From sequence record PQ724394.1: a stretch of DNA of 64,000 bases; one strand, written 5' to 3'. Both the position numbers and the translations under genes were made by a program. The notes beneath the pieces are model-generated. The model saw only the letters and a program-made list of their open reading frames with translations. It was not told where the DNA came from and made no database searches. Positions within the stretch are counted from its first letter, which is position 1. The number at the start of each line of letters is the position of its first letter. This document shows positions 47,780 through 56,482 of this stretch, one piece after another. The DNA is from a phage.

Positions 47780-48363
47780 TTACGGCATTCCTCAATAAAA
47801 GAGTTTAATGTATTTTTCTTAGTGATATCGTCATACACCTTTTTAACTTTAGAAATACGAAAAGGTACTTCAACAACTGCAGTCCATAAAAATGATGCGA
47901 TAAGTCCTAAGATAGCCGCAGACATCGCTGAAGCAAATAGCGTAATAGGCAGGTCATTATCCGTTGTCAGGAAAAACCCTAGGAGTGGGAAAAATAATAT
48001 CCCCATCCAAACATAGAACCTAGAACTCACTAATTTGTCGTATTCATCACTCCATGTACGAAAGCCGTATTTTTTGCTATAACAAATCAATGGGTCTGGT
48101 GTCTGTTCTTTATGGGGTTCCGGTTGCCAACCATTTACGATATATCCCATTTTATATTCCTCAATTAAAAGTTGTTTCATTTCAGCAGTACAACCTGACC
48201 AATCTATTGTACTGGCTGAAATTCCTTCATCGCCATCATCAATATTTCGCCAGGACTTTTTAATAATCATATTCTCACCACTTGGGATAATGATTCCGGC
48301 ATTTTCTGACCGACGGATGAAGTTTACATCAACACCCATGCATCCGGGTTCATAAAGGGCCAT
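47776..48363 (-). CDS. hypothetical membrane protein (195 aa)
   Basis: Two C-terminal TM helices; C-terminal FIEECRK motif. Confidence 0.45.
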   Translation of the reverse strand: MALYEPGCMGVDVNFIRRSENAGIIIPSGENMIIKKSWRNIDDGDEGISASTIDWSGCTAEMKQLLIEEYKMGYIVNGWQPEPHKEQTPDPLICYSKKYGFRTWSDEYDKLVSSRFYVWMGILFFPLLGFFLTTDNDLPITLFASAMSAAILGLIASFLWTAVVEVPFRISKVKKVYDDITKKNTLNSFIEECRK

Positions 48364-49049
48364 TACCAGCCCTCCATAGGGAATTCCAGATATACTTGAG
48401 CATTAACGCGGATTTCATTTGTAATCTTTTTAACACGGTCGGTATTACGAGACACACGACCAAACCAGCGCCAACCGTTACTTACTGCACGAGAACCTGT
48501 ATGCCATGTCTGCCAATCAAACTGGAGCAATGTGCGGTCAGGAGCATCCCACTTGGTTAGTTCATTGGACTCGATTTTTTCCAGAACTTCTTTATGCCAC
48601 TGGCGATAGATAAGTTCGCCTTCAGGAATCTGGCTAAATTGTGCAGTTCCGGTTGCAAAATAAGTAGGACACACATCAGCGTTAACAAGACCAAGAATAT
48701 GTTCAGAATGGTATCGAGGATTATCATAATCAGGTTGCCCTGCAGTAATAAAGTGTTGACCAACCGGAATATCCGGACGTGGTACATCATCATGGTGATA
48801 ACCTGGGATAGCAGGATACCAACCAGGCATAAGCATATGAACTCGAGAATCAAATACAACCTGGTCGGTGTTCCACTCATCTGGCAGGTTCATGATGAAG
48901 CTGCGAGTAATAGGGCCGCCGTTATCAAAAGCGAAGGCCAACGAACTGTTGAAGAACATAGTTTCATTTTTGATTTTATCGTTAGAAATTTTACCGGCAA
49001 AACTACCTACTGCACGAGCTTTGGAATTAAAAGTTTTCGGGCCGTTCAT
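48363..49049 (-). CDS. hypothetical protein, possible 2OG-Fe(II) oxygenase-like
   Basis: 228 aa; H-x-D (HHDD), distal His (WHTGSRA) and R-x-S spacing. Confidence 0.45.
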   Translation of the reverse strand: MNGPKTFNSKARAVGSFAGKISNDKIKNETMFFNSSLAFAFDNGGPITRSFIMNLPDEWNTDQVVFDSRVHMLMPGWYPAIPGYHHDDVPRPDIPVGQHFITAGQPDYDNPRYHSEHILGLVNADVCPTYFATGTAQFSQIPEGELIYRQWHKEVLEKIESNELTKWDAPDRTLLQFDWQTWHTGSRAVSNGWRWFGRVSRNTDRVKKITNEIRVNAQVYLEFPMEGW

Positions 49050-49063
49050 AATATTTTCCTCAA

Positions 49064-49276
49064 TTACTTTTTGTTGAAAAAGTACATTTTACCTTTAGGG
49101 GATAAGGATACACGAAGTGCGTTACCGATACCAACTGAACATTTAACCAGGTCGGCAGATTTCAATTCACCAAATGCTTGACGAAGGTCACCGTCACGAG
49201 TGTTAACCATCAGGCATTTAGCACCAGCTGCACGAACTTCGTTTAACATGTTTATTGCTTGGTTAGAAAGTTTCAT
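49064..49276 (-). CDS. hypothetical protein (70 aa)
   Basis: ATG at 49276 with RBS; the longer frame runs into the promoter-like motif. Confidence 0.4.
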   Translation of the reverse strand: MKLSNQAINMLNEVRAAGAKCLMVNTRDGDLRQAFGELKSADLVKCSVGIGNALRVSLSPKGKMYFFNKK

Positions 49277-49307
49277 TTTATTCTCCATTTCACTCTGTTG
49301 TTTTGAT

Positions 49308-49342
49308 AGGTCTATAGTATCACACCTATAGACCTTGTATAC
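49308..49342 (-). promoter_or_regulatory. promoter-like cassette variant (-35 GTATAC)
   Basis: Conserved GATACTATAGACCTATCAAAAC segment with degenerate -35; upstream of 49064-49276. Confidence 0.4.
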
Positions 49343-49354
49343 TGTTTTATGCAA

Positions 49355-50314
49355 TTATTTTTCGAAAGGACGAATTAAATGTTGATTACGCTTAAACCGG
49401 TTGATGTAGTCACTTTCACCTAGGGTCCTATACATATTCACTACAGCTTGGTAGTTTTCCCAAGCATACTCACGGAACCATCCAGAAGTAATGGAGGTAC
49501 AGACTTTTTCCAGAGCAACATGGAAGCTCACGGATGGAGAGATATTAAAGTCATTAGGAACCTGCGAACGCTCCAGAGCAAGTACACATGCTTCTTCATA
49601 AACGCCGGCCAGTTTAATAGCTTCAGGCAAAGCTTCAAACTTCTCACGTGAGGTCATGACTTCAGAACCATCCTTCATATAAAAGGTATACGCTGGACGT
49701 CCGGCTAATGCCACAGCTTCATGGATAGAGTCGTGGTCTAATGTATAAATGGTATCATTAAAGAACGATGATTTGTTTACATCCAATTTAGGATGAGAAT
49801 AGCTCAACGTTTCTTTCTGACGTTGCAGCATGATTTCTTGGAGCTCTTCATTCAAGGTTACACCTTTATTACGAAGATATTTGATGTGGGACATCGTCTT
49901 CAAAAAGAAAGGGTTGTTCTTCAAATAACGATGGCTCATTTTGATGGCCAGACAGATATCAGGTGTGGCCCAATAGAAACCCGTAAGACGGTCCTTTTTA
50001 ATATGATTTTCGGCATATTTCAGGAGACGATAACTTGAAGTGAAATCTTCGCCCTGAAGCTCACCGGTGATTTCTCGTACGTTAGTCAGGGCACGGACGA
50101 TATAAGCTTCAAAATAGGTTTCTTTACCATTGTGCATACATTTAAAGGCCTGGACATCAGGGTTATCCACAGGAACATGAGCGCCGAACATCCGGGCTTT
50201 AAATTGATTCCATGAGCCTTGGTCGGCAATAAAATCCCAATCAGAATTTTCGATATACTTACTTTCAATCAGACCAGCGTGGTGCAGTGCACGAGAACCA
50301 ATAACTAGCATCAT
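49355..50314 (-). CDS. hypothetical protein (319 aa)
   Basis: Long ORF; loose G-S...D-x-D pattern near the N-terminus. Confidence 0.5.
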   Translation of the reverse strand: MMLVIGSRALHHAGLIESKYIENSDWDFIADQGSWNQFKARMFGAHVPVDNPDVQAFKCMHNGKETYFEAYIVRALTNVREITGELQGEDFTSSYRLLKYAENHIKKDRLTGFYWATPDICLAIKMSHRYLKNNPFFLKTMSHIKYLRNKGVTLNEELQEIMLQRQKETLSYSHPKLDVNKSSFFNDTIYTLDHDSIHEAVALAGRPAYTFYMKDGSEVMTSREKFEALPEAIKLAGVYEEACVLALERSQVPNDFNISPSVSFHVALEKVCTSITSGWFREYAWENYQAVVNMYRTLGESDYINRFKRNQHLIRPFEK

Positions 50315-50516
50315 AATATTTTCCTCATTAATAAAGACGAGTTACTTCATATTTACCCAGTTCAGATTTTTTTGCTTCAATACGCGTTGCGGCTAGATTA
50401 GCAGCCTCTAGTGAAGAAAATTGGACCACTTGGGAAGTATTCTGCCTTACGCCACCTTGTGGGTGAGTAACAAAAACAATAAGAACATTATACATAATAT
50501 TTTCCTCAGAGTAAAC

Positions 50517-50756
50517 TTAAATTTCAGCAACGTAATCGTTATGCAATTCCCACATATCATCAGAATTATTCTTAATGATAGGAATTATCTCATTAGAGAT
50601 TTCTTCTGCATAAGGGTCGTTGATACAGTGGGCATCTTCAAAACGAACACCGTAATCAGACTTCTTATAGGCAAAGCCATAAATCTTTTTAAACTTGGCA
50701 CGACTAATGCGTACCGGCTCATCAGACTTATCAGACAGTGGAGAGTAATACCACAT
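50517..50756 (-). CDS. hypothetical protein (79 aa)
   Basis: GAGGAG RBS. Confidence 0.45.
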   Translation of the reverse strand: MWYYSPLSDKSDEPVRISRAKFKKIYGFAYKKSDYGVRFEDAHCINDPYAEEISNEIIPIIKNNSDDMWELHNDYVAEI

Positions 50757-50800
50757 AATGTTCTCCTCATGTTTGAGTAAGGTAATAGTAACACAAGTTT

Positions 50801-51130
50801 TTAGAGTTGTACATCACTTCTGCAATATTCTAAAAATAATTTATCGCTGTCTACTGTATCCCAACGTCTCCAAGATGGGTTCCAGACCAAAGCGTTGTCA
50901 CCACAATCATTGAGCTTAAAATGGTCATAGTACATAGCTATGTGTCTAGTCTCGTCACCAGAGAACCCTAGTATAGGCTCGCCATGGGTATGATACATAT
51001 GATGGTGCATTGAGAGGTCGCATTTATAAAACATCTCACGTTTACCACGGACGAACAAGAAAGCTTGTCCATTCATATAGAATTCTTTATCTGTTTTCAA
51101 AAGATATTTGAATACTGAATCTTTGTGCAT
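50801..51130 (-). CDS. hypothetical His-rich protein (109 aa)
   Basis: AGGAGG RBS before ATG at 51130; HHHMYHTH cluster. Confidence 0.45.
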   Translation of the reverse strand: MHKDSVFKYLLKTDKEFYMNGQAFLFVRGKREMFYKCDLSMHHHMYHTHGEPILGFSGDETRHIAMYYDHFKLNDCGDNALVWNPSWRRWDTVDSDKLFLEYCRSDVQL

Positions 51131-51161
51131 AAGTCCTCCTACCACATCCTTGTGGTTATTA

Positions 51162-51386
51162 TTAACAGCTACTTGGGTACCAGATTTTACCATCAGAGCG
51201 AGCAACGAAGGTACGACCAGCTTCTTCACCATAACAAGAGCTATTCAGCCAATCTTCAAGACGAACTTCACCGTCGTAATCATCTAGCTCAACACCAAAA
51301 TCCTGAGCAGAAGCCATATCTTTTACTTTCTTATACAGCGCAGCCAGTTCAAGAGCTGCTTTTTCTAATTCATTAATATTAGACAT
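51162..51386 (-). CDS. small protein, member of tandem family with C-terminal W-x-x-S-S-C tail
   Basis: AAGGAA RBS; ends ...KIWYPSSC. Confidence 0.5.
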   Translation of the reverse strand: MSNINELEKAALELAALYKKVKDMASAQDFGVELDDYDGEVRLEDWLNSSCYGEEAGRTFVARSDGKIWYPSSC

Positions 51387-51395
51387 TTTTATTCC

Positions 51396-51626
51396 TTAGC
51401 AAGACATAGAGGAGTTAAACCAGAAACCCTGGCCATCATTGATGCCGTAATCACTGCGAATCCAGTCATATTCTTCATATTCTTCGCTAGAAGCCGGAAT
51501 ATAACGTTGGAAACGGTCTGCGGCGTGTAAATTAAAAATTTCACCGGTTTTATCGGCCAACTGCTCGCCTTCACAGATTAGTGCACGGATTTGGTCTTCG
51601 ATTTCTTTAACAGTTTTAGCAGTCAT
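51396..51626 (-). CDS. small protein, tandem family member
   Basis: AAGG RBS; ends ...GFWFNSSMSC. Confidence 0.5.
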   Translation of the reverse strand: MTAKTVKEIEDQIRALICEGEQLADKTGEIFNLHAADRFQRYIPASSEEYEEYDWIRSDYGINDGQGFWFNSSMSC

Positions 51627-51635
51627 TTTATTACC

Positions 51636-51833
51636 TTAACATTCGTAAGAGGAGGACACCCAAGAGGTACCACTAATAGTAATACAACCGTTATAAAGCG
51701 TTATATGTCGTTCTAAGTCACGAGCACCATCAATATAGATATCAGCTTCTTCGCGTTCTTCTTTACAAATCTGAATAACGTTTTCAATAGCCGCCGCTGC
51801 GGTACGGATTGCACAATCTAATTCACGAGACAT
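51636..51833 (-). CDS. small protein, tandem family member
   Basis: AAGGAA RBS; ends ...TSWVSSSYEC. Confidence 0.5.
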   Translation of the reverse strand: MSRELDCAIRTAAAAIENVIQICKEEREEADIYIDGARDLERHITLYNGCITISGTSWVSSSYEC

Positions 51834-51842
51834 AATATTTCC

Positions 51843-52124
51843 TTAACATTCAGAAGAAGAGGACACCCAACCGCCAGTTGCGAGGTCAGTTGTATAGTCA
51901 TGAGTATTAACAATAGCCCATTCAGGATGACCATCTTCTTCCCAATGGGCAAGGTCAGCTTTCAAGGCGCCAGGAGAATAATAGTCACCGCCCATACCGC
52001 GAGCAGGGTATATATTAAAATGAGTCTCATATTTGTCTGCAATTTCCTCGGCACGACGAATAGCTTCATGAATTTCTTTTACTGCGGCCAGAAGCTCTGG
52101 ATGGTTATGATTATCATTCATCAT
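51843..52124 (-). CDS. small protein, tandem family member
   Basis: AAGGAA RBS; ends ...GGWVSSSSEC. Confidence 0.5.
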   Translation of the reverse strand: MMNDNHNHPELLAAVKEIHEAIRRAEEIADKYETHFNIYPARGMGGDYYSPGALKADLAHWEEDGHPEWAIVNTHDYTTDLATGGWVSSSSEC

Positions 52125-52133
52125 AGCTTTTCC

Positions 52134-52424
52134 TTAGCACATTGCCGAAGAGGAGACCCAGGCACCAACTGTAACGACGCCATTTTCAACTTCACCGCCA
52201 TTGTTTTCAATTTCATCTTTAAACCACTGGGAGCATTCATAACCAACAGGGTAGTAGGTACGTCCTGAGCCATAATCACCTGTTCCGAATTGAATACCGT
52301 ACTTATCGGCAATAGCTTCACATTTGGATTCGATGATATCTACTTTACCGAGCAGGGCATAGATAGCTTTTTCTGCAGATTTCTCGTCGTTGTATTCAGG
52401 GATTTCAATTTCAATTTTATTCAT
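52134..52424 (-). CDS. small protein, tandem family member
   Basis: AAGGAA RBS; ends ...GAWVSSSAMC. Confidence 0.5.
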   Translation of the reverse strand: MNKIEIEIPEYNDEKSAEKAIYALLGKVDIIESKCEAIADKYGIQFGTGDYGSGRTYYPVGYECSQWFKDEIENNGGEVENGVVTVGAWVSSSAMC

Positions 52425-52810
52425 GATTTACATTCCTTAATAAAGGTTTCAAGGTCATTACGTTTGGTTTGTTTTACATACTCATTATAATTAGCCATCT
52501 CTAAAGCATATCTCTTACGGATGGGGGCATTCAAAGCATTTGTATGGCAAATATCATACACTAGAGGGATAAAATAAGCCACGACAGCCGGAGCGATTAT
52601 CATATAGAAACCCATCTCAATAGGCATGACTCCTTCGATTGCGGCCATAACTGTGGTCATTACCAGACCAACCAGACCGCCGAGCATACCTGTGACAATT
52701 CCCGTGAATAAGGAAATAGCAATATCATATTCAGCCAATTGATAAACATGCGATGAAAGACTAGGCCGTTCCATTTTGAACCTCTTTAGCGTATTCACGG
52801 CATTCAGCAA
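52421..52810 (-). CDS. hypothetical membrane protein (129 aa)
   Basis: Hydrophobic helices; C-terminal FIKECKS. Confidence 0.45.
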   Translation of the reverse strand: MLNAVNTLKRFKMERPSLSSHVYQLAEYDIAISLFTGIVTGMLGGLVGLVMTTVMAAIEGVMPIEMGFYMIIAPAVVAYFIPLVYDICHTNALNAPIRKRYALEMANYNEYVKQTKRNDLETFIKECKS

Positions 52811-53303
52811 TAAAGCGATTAAGCTTCCGTTGTTGTTTACGACTTTCTAATGTGTACTCAGCAGTTAAGATACCAAGCTCGGCTTTATCATAATTTTTAA
52901 TATCGGTGTAAGATGGTCGACGGTCGACCATTCCAAATACATCACCATTTTCTAAAGCCACATAGCATACTAAATGGTAATCATCGTCTGCTATATTAAG
53001 AAGCACACAATCATTGCTCTCATTTAAAGAATATACTGAATAACGTAGTCCAGCGAATTCCACTCGTTGAATAGCCAGATTTACGTCAATAATTTCCAAA
53101 GCATCTTCAAAAGAAAGGTCTTCAGCTAAAGCAAAAATAAAAGGTAATTTGGTAGTATCGCCACGGCTAGATGTTCTGCTTAAGAAATCGTTTGAATAGC
53201 CTAGGTCTTGGCGAATTCTATAAAGAACTGAATTGGTTTCATGGGAAAGACCACTATTTTTAAACCAATCAATATTTGATATAAGGTTATCATATAAACT
53301 CAT
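52761..53303 (-). CDS. hypothetical protein (180 aa)
   Basis: ORF; C-terminal region contains FIAECREY. Confidence 0.45.
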   Translation of the reverse strand: MSLYDNLISNIDWFKNSGLSHETNSVLYRIRQDLGYSNDFLSRTSSRGDTTKLPFIFALAEDLSFEDALEIIDVNLAIQRVEFAGLRYSVYSLNESNDCVLLNIADDDYHLVCYVALENGDVFGMVDRRPSYTDIKNYDKAELGILTAEYTLESRKQQRKLNRFIAECREYAKEVQNGTA

Positions 53304-53351
53304 AATATTCTCCTCTCCTCCAAATAGGGAGACTTCGGTCTCCCGGTAACA

Positions 53352-53945
53352 TTACTTAAGTGAATTGATGTAGTCTTCGATATCGGCTGAAGTCGTATCC
53401 ATTCCAACTTGAGGGCCTTTAAACGTTTCTACACGCATCAGTGTATCTTCAATATCAATCTTAGTCAGTGCAGCGATTTCAACAACGTCATCAGCAGTAG
53501 CAATACCAAGGGCGGCCATATTACGAGTTTCACGGATGTACTCGAGCTTAACGGCCAGTTCCTGACGAGAGTCATCAAGTTCCTTGACCTTCAGTTTAAT
53601 TTCATTACGCATTTCGATATAATCGTCAGCTTTCTTACGAAGTTGAGTAGCTGTACGACGATAAAGGAGGCCAAGTTTAGCATGCACCTGGACATCTGCA
53701 CCTTCTTTAATCAGTTTACGAATTTCGCGTTCTTTAGAAGCAGCCAGTTGGTCTTTTTCATTTGCCAATGCACGAATGCGTTTTTCTTCATTCACAGACT
53801 TAACATGAGCAGTCTGGAGTTCGGTAATTTTATCAATCAGGGTAGAAGCAGCTTTAGTATACTGGTCTTCGATTGACAGGTTCTGAGCCATCGCGGTACC
53901 CAGTTTAGAACGGATGAATTCAACAATTTTCTTTAAAGTATTCAT
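53352..53945 (-). CDS. coiled-coil protein, possibly PspA/IM30-like
   Basis: 197 aa from [10 protein letters not shown]; heptad-rich; GAAGGAAA RBS; early promoter (GTTTAC-N18-TATAAT) upstream. Confidence 0.45.
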   Translation of the reverse strand: MNTLKKIVEFIRSKLGTAMAQNLSIEDQYTKAASTLIDKITELQTAHVKSVNEEKRIRALANEKDQLAASKEREIRKLIKEGADVQVHAKLGLLYRRTATQLRKKADDYIEMRNEIKLKVKELDDSRQELAVKLEYIRETRNMAALGIATADDVVEIAALTKIDIEDTLMRVETFKGPQVGMDTTSADIEDYINSLK

Positions 53946-53988
53946 AGTATTTCCTTCAGTCGGTTGGTATTTTGTAATCCATGAGGAC

Positions 53989-54018
53989 ATTATACCCTGT
54001 CCTCTGAGGGTTGTAAAC
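53989..54018 (-). promoter_or_regulatory. early promoter (GTTTAC-N18-TATAAT)
   Basis: Textbook sigma70-like spacing upstream of 53352-53945. Confidence 0.6.
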
Positions 54019-54020
54019 AT

Positions 54021-54419
54021 TTATTTCATTTTTGCGAGGCAAATTTCATTGGCTTCCCATTGAGCTTGCTTAATAATAGCTTTGGATACAGGAACCCTTT
54101 GGCCATAAGTTTTTGACGTTGAGAGAACAATATATTTGTTTGCCTCATTATGCCAACCTAGTGATTTTTCACCATGAGTACCTTTAATCACAGCTGACAC
54201 CTCAACAGAGCAACCACCATCAGAAATCTTGGTTTCTACAATCCATTCATTTCTCTCGACAGCTTCAATTTCCGATCTCCTTTTTTCTTCATACATGGCG
54301 GCCCAATCAGTTTTTGCCAAGCTGAAAGTAAGAGCTTTCTCTAATTCTTTGGCAGCTTTTTGTTGTTCGGGTGTTAATGAATTATACAACTCTTGCATTT
54401 CTTTATCTTCGATATTCAT
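54021..54419 (-). CDS. hypothetical protein (132 aa)
   Basis: ORF. Confidence 0.45.
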   Translation of the reverse strand: MNIEDKEMQELYNSLTPEQQKAAKELEKALTFSLAKTDWAAMYEEKRRSEIEAVERNEWIVETKISDGGCSVEVSAVIKGTHGEKSLGWHNEANKYIVLSTSKTYGQRVPVSKAIIKQAQWEANEICLAKMK

Positions 54420-54476
54420 TATGCTCTCCTCAAATTATAGGCTCATAATATCTCAATCATGAGCCCATGTAAACAA

Positions 54477-54740
54477 TTATTTCATATTATTGAAATAATC
54501 TTCCGCATCAAAATCGTTATCGTGATAAACTTTGGTAGACAATTTGACGTAACCTTCGGCAGCAAACATATTAACCACAACCTTTACGGTATACCATTGT
54601 CCATCATCATTACCCATTACTGCGTAAGTTTCAAATATGGGATGGTCATCACCTATAACCTTAATATCGTTAACAGTAGCACCAAATTCTTCAGGAACGC
54701 ATTTCATAAAGAAATTAAACAATTCACCGTAATTATCCAT
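54477..54740 (-). CDS. hypothetical protein (87 aa)
   Basis: ATG at 54740; early promoter cassette upstream. Confidence 0.45.
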   Translation of the reverse strand: MDNYGELFNFFMKCVPEEFGATVNDIKVIGDDHPIFETYAVMGNDDGQWYTVKVVVNMFAAEGYVKLSTKVYHDNDFDAEDYFNNMK

Positions 54741-54774
54741 TTTACTCCCCTTCACACTGTTGTTTTGATAGGTC

Positions 54775-54804
54775 TATAGTATCACGTTTAAAGGAGGTGT
54801 AAAC
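54775..54804 (-). promoter_or_regulatory. early promoter cassette
   Basis: Conserved motif copy upstream of 54477-54740. Confidence 0.6.
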
Positions 54805-54835
54805 AACTTTGTGAAATTATTTTTAGATTAAACCC

Positions 54836-54858
54836 CCTAAAAGGAGACCGAAGTCTCC
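54836..54858 (-). terminator. intrinsic terminator (short T-run)
   Basis: GGAGAC-TTCG-GTCTCC hairpin, T4 run. Confidence 0.5.
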
Positions 54859-54863
54859 TTTCA

Positions 54864-55481
54864 CTATTTACGAGTCTTTTCGAACTGAGCTGCGTCTCCG
54901 GCCAGACGACGTGCTTGACGAAGTTTGTTATCAATTTCTTCGCGCATAGGCTGGGTGTACTTAAGGCCTTCAACTGTCAGGTAAAGACGATAGAGGTCCG
55001 GCGTGTCCAGGTTGTTAATGTGTTGGCCGTTACGAAGGGCATTGAATTCACGAACAACCTGTTTTGTTTCAGATTCGATTTCTGAAATCAAAGAAGCTAG
55101 CTGGTTATATTTTTTAACAATAGTAGTGGTGTCAAACTTGATTTTAGATTTAGGAGCTTCTTTTACAGGCTCTGCTTTAGGCGCCGGTTTCGGTGCTGCA
55201 ACTTTGGTTGGGGCTGCTGGTTTAGCAACAGGAGCTTTAGCTGGTTTAGCAGGCTTAGTAGCGCCACCGGCTACGATATCTTTAAAAGCTTTGGAAGCTT
55301 TGTAATATTCTTTCTGGCTACTAGTATCAAAACCATACATATCATAAACGTTTTTAAAGAACTCAGTAGTGGTTTTAGTCCCGGAAATTTTATCATAAGC
55401 CGCTTGCCACATATCTTTAGTCATGCGCAAGCCGGCTTCACTCAGAACGCTTTCGTTCAAAAATTCATTGTAAGTTTTCAT
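54864..55481 (-). CDS. internal-protein-like head protein (Ala/Pro/Lys-rich) with capsid targeting leader
   Basis: N-terminus MKTYNEFLNE|S; low-complexity KPAKPAKAPVAKPAAP segment; TATAAATA late promoter upstream; terminator downstream. Confidence 0.55.
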   Translation of the reverse strand: MKTYNEFLNESVLSEAGLRMTKDMWQAAYDKISGTKTTTEFFKNVYDMYGFDTSSQKEYYKASKAFKDIVAGGATKPAKPAKAPVAKPAAPTKVAAPKPAPKAEPVKEAPKSKIKFDTTTIVKKYNQLASLISEIESETKQVVREFNALRNGQHINNLDTPDLYRLYLTVEGLKYTQPMREEIDNKLRQARRLAGDAAQFEKTRK

Positions 55482-55509
55482 TATTGTTTCCTGTGTTAAT
55501 TAACTTATC

Positions 55510-55517
55510 TATTTATA
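55510..55517 (-). promoter_or_regulatory. late promoter (TATAAATA) for internal-protein-like gene
   Basis: TATAAATA about 30 nt upstream of ATG at 55481; directly follows a terminator hairpin. Confidence 0.55.
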
Positions 55518-55518
55518 C

Positions 55519-55546
55519 AAAAAAGGCCCAACCTTTTGGAAGGGCC
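55519..55546 (-). terminator. intrinsic terminator (copy 1 of duplicated cassette)
   Basis: GGCCCTTCC-AAAA-GGTTGGGCC hairpin plus T6 run. Confidence 0.65.
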
Positions 55547-55551
55547 GTAAA

Positions 55552-56106
55552 TCAGTTCTTGTAGAACCGGAACGGGTTCACGTGGAAGGCTAACATAGCT
55601 TTAGGGATTTTACGAGACAAAAGGCTCTTAAGCTTCCATCCACAGTACACGCGAAGGTAAAATGTGATTCCGCCGACCTTAAGATAAGGAACTGAAGCAA
55701 ATACACCCCAGGCATCATCATTCCACATCCATAACCAACCATGGTGGGCTTTATCAGGAGAACCTGATTCTACGTCAGGATTGCCGCGATAATGGAATTC
55801 TGAACTACAATCACGTCCTAGTTTATGATAAGCAAAGTTATAAGCTTTATTTCGCCATAGCCAAGCTACTCTCTGGAGATAAACACCACCAGGCATTTTC
55901 CTGATTTTAGCCCAACGTTTAATATGACCTTTATCGCCGTCAATTGGATTATCGTATGTCATCATCCAATCAAAACCGTATGGCAATTTACCAGTCTTTT
56001 TATTGTAGAAAGGAACCACAAAAGGCGCAAGGATAACAGCCAGAACCATAGAGATAAAATCTAGTGGGACCAACAGAATCCAACTCAAATATTTTAAAAG
56101 TTTCAT
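55552..56106 (-). CDS. hypothetical membrane-anchored protein (184 aa)
   Basis: N-terminal TM helix; flanked by duplicated terminator/late-promoter cassette. Confidence 0.5.
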   Translation of the reverse strand: MKLLKYLSWILLVPLDFISMVLAVILAPFVVPFYNKKTGKLPYGFDWMMTYDNPIDGDKGHIKRWAKIRKMPGGVYLQRVAWLWRNKAYNFAYHKLGRDCSSEFHYRGNPDVESGSPDKAHHGWLWMWNDDAWGVFASVPYLKVGGITFYLRVYCGWKLKSLLSRKIPKAMLAFHVNPFRFYKN

Positions 56107-56132
56107 ATTATTTCCTAAGTTAGTTTACTGTA

Positions 56133-56140
56133 TATTTATA
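56133..56140 (-). promoter_or_regulatory. late promoter (TATAAATA)
   Basis: TATAAATA about 28 nt upstream of ATG at 56106; part of duplicated cassette. Confidence 0.55.
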
Positions 56141-56141
56141 C

Positions 56142-56169
56142 AAAAAAGGCCCAACCTTTCGGAAGGGCC
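56142..56169 (-). terminator. intrinsic terminator (copy 2 of duplicated cassette)
   Basis: GGCCCTTCC-GAAA-GGTTGGGCC hairpin plus T6 run. Confidence 0.65.
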
Positions 56170-56189
56170 TTTAACCTAGGGTAACCTTG

Positions 56190-56480
56190 TCGGGGTTCCA
56201 CCTGCTAGGCAAGTGTTTGTACGAAACGCCGGGATTCGAACCCGGTTATTAAGCAGTTGACGCTACTCAATATTTTTTTAAAAGGCCATATCTCGACCAT
56301 ATCCGAACGTTCCGTCAAAAACGCTACTCGGCTTACGGCAAAGATATTTCCTCGAATCGATAATTCGATGCGCCGTTTCAGCTGTGATAGTAAAGAACCA
56401 GAACACAGTAAAACTGTGGGAGGAACTATACTCCAGGGAACTTCAGTCCGACGACTTACCGGTAGCGACCCGGTTTCTTG
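56190..56480 (-). ncRNA. possible small stable RNA(s) with tRNA-like T-arm, adjacent to tRNA cluster
   Basis: CCGGG-TTCGAAT-CCCGG T-arm-like element at 56229-56245 without foldable anticodon or D arms; several palindromes; analogous position to T4 stable RNAs C and D. Confidence 0.3.
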
Positions 56481-56482
56481 TT

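Noticed and set aside
56215-56300. Possible fourth tRNA around the CCGGG-TTCGAAT-CCCGG hairpin
   Set aside because: No anticodon or D arm could be folded and no CCA; kept only as a low-confidence ncRNA-like element.
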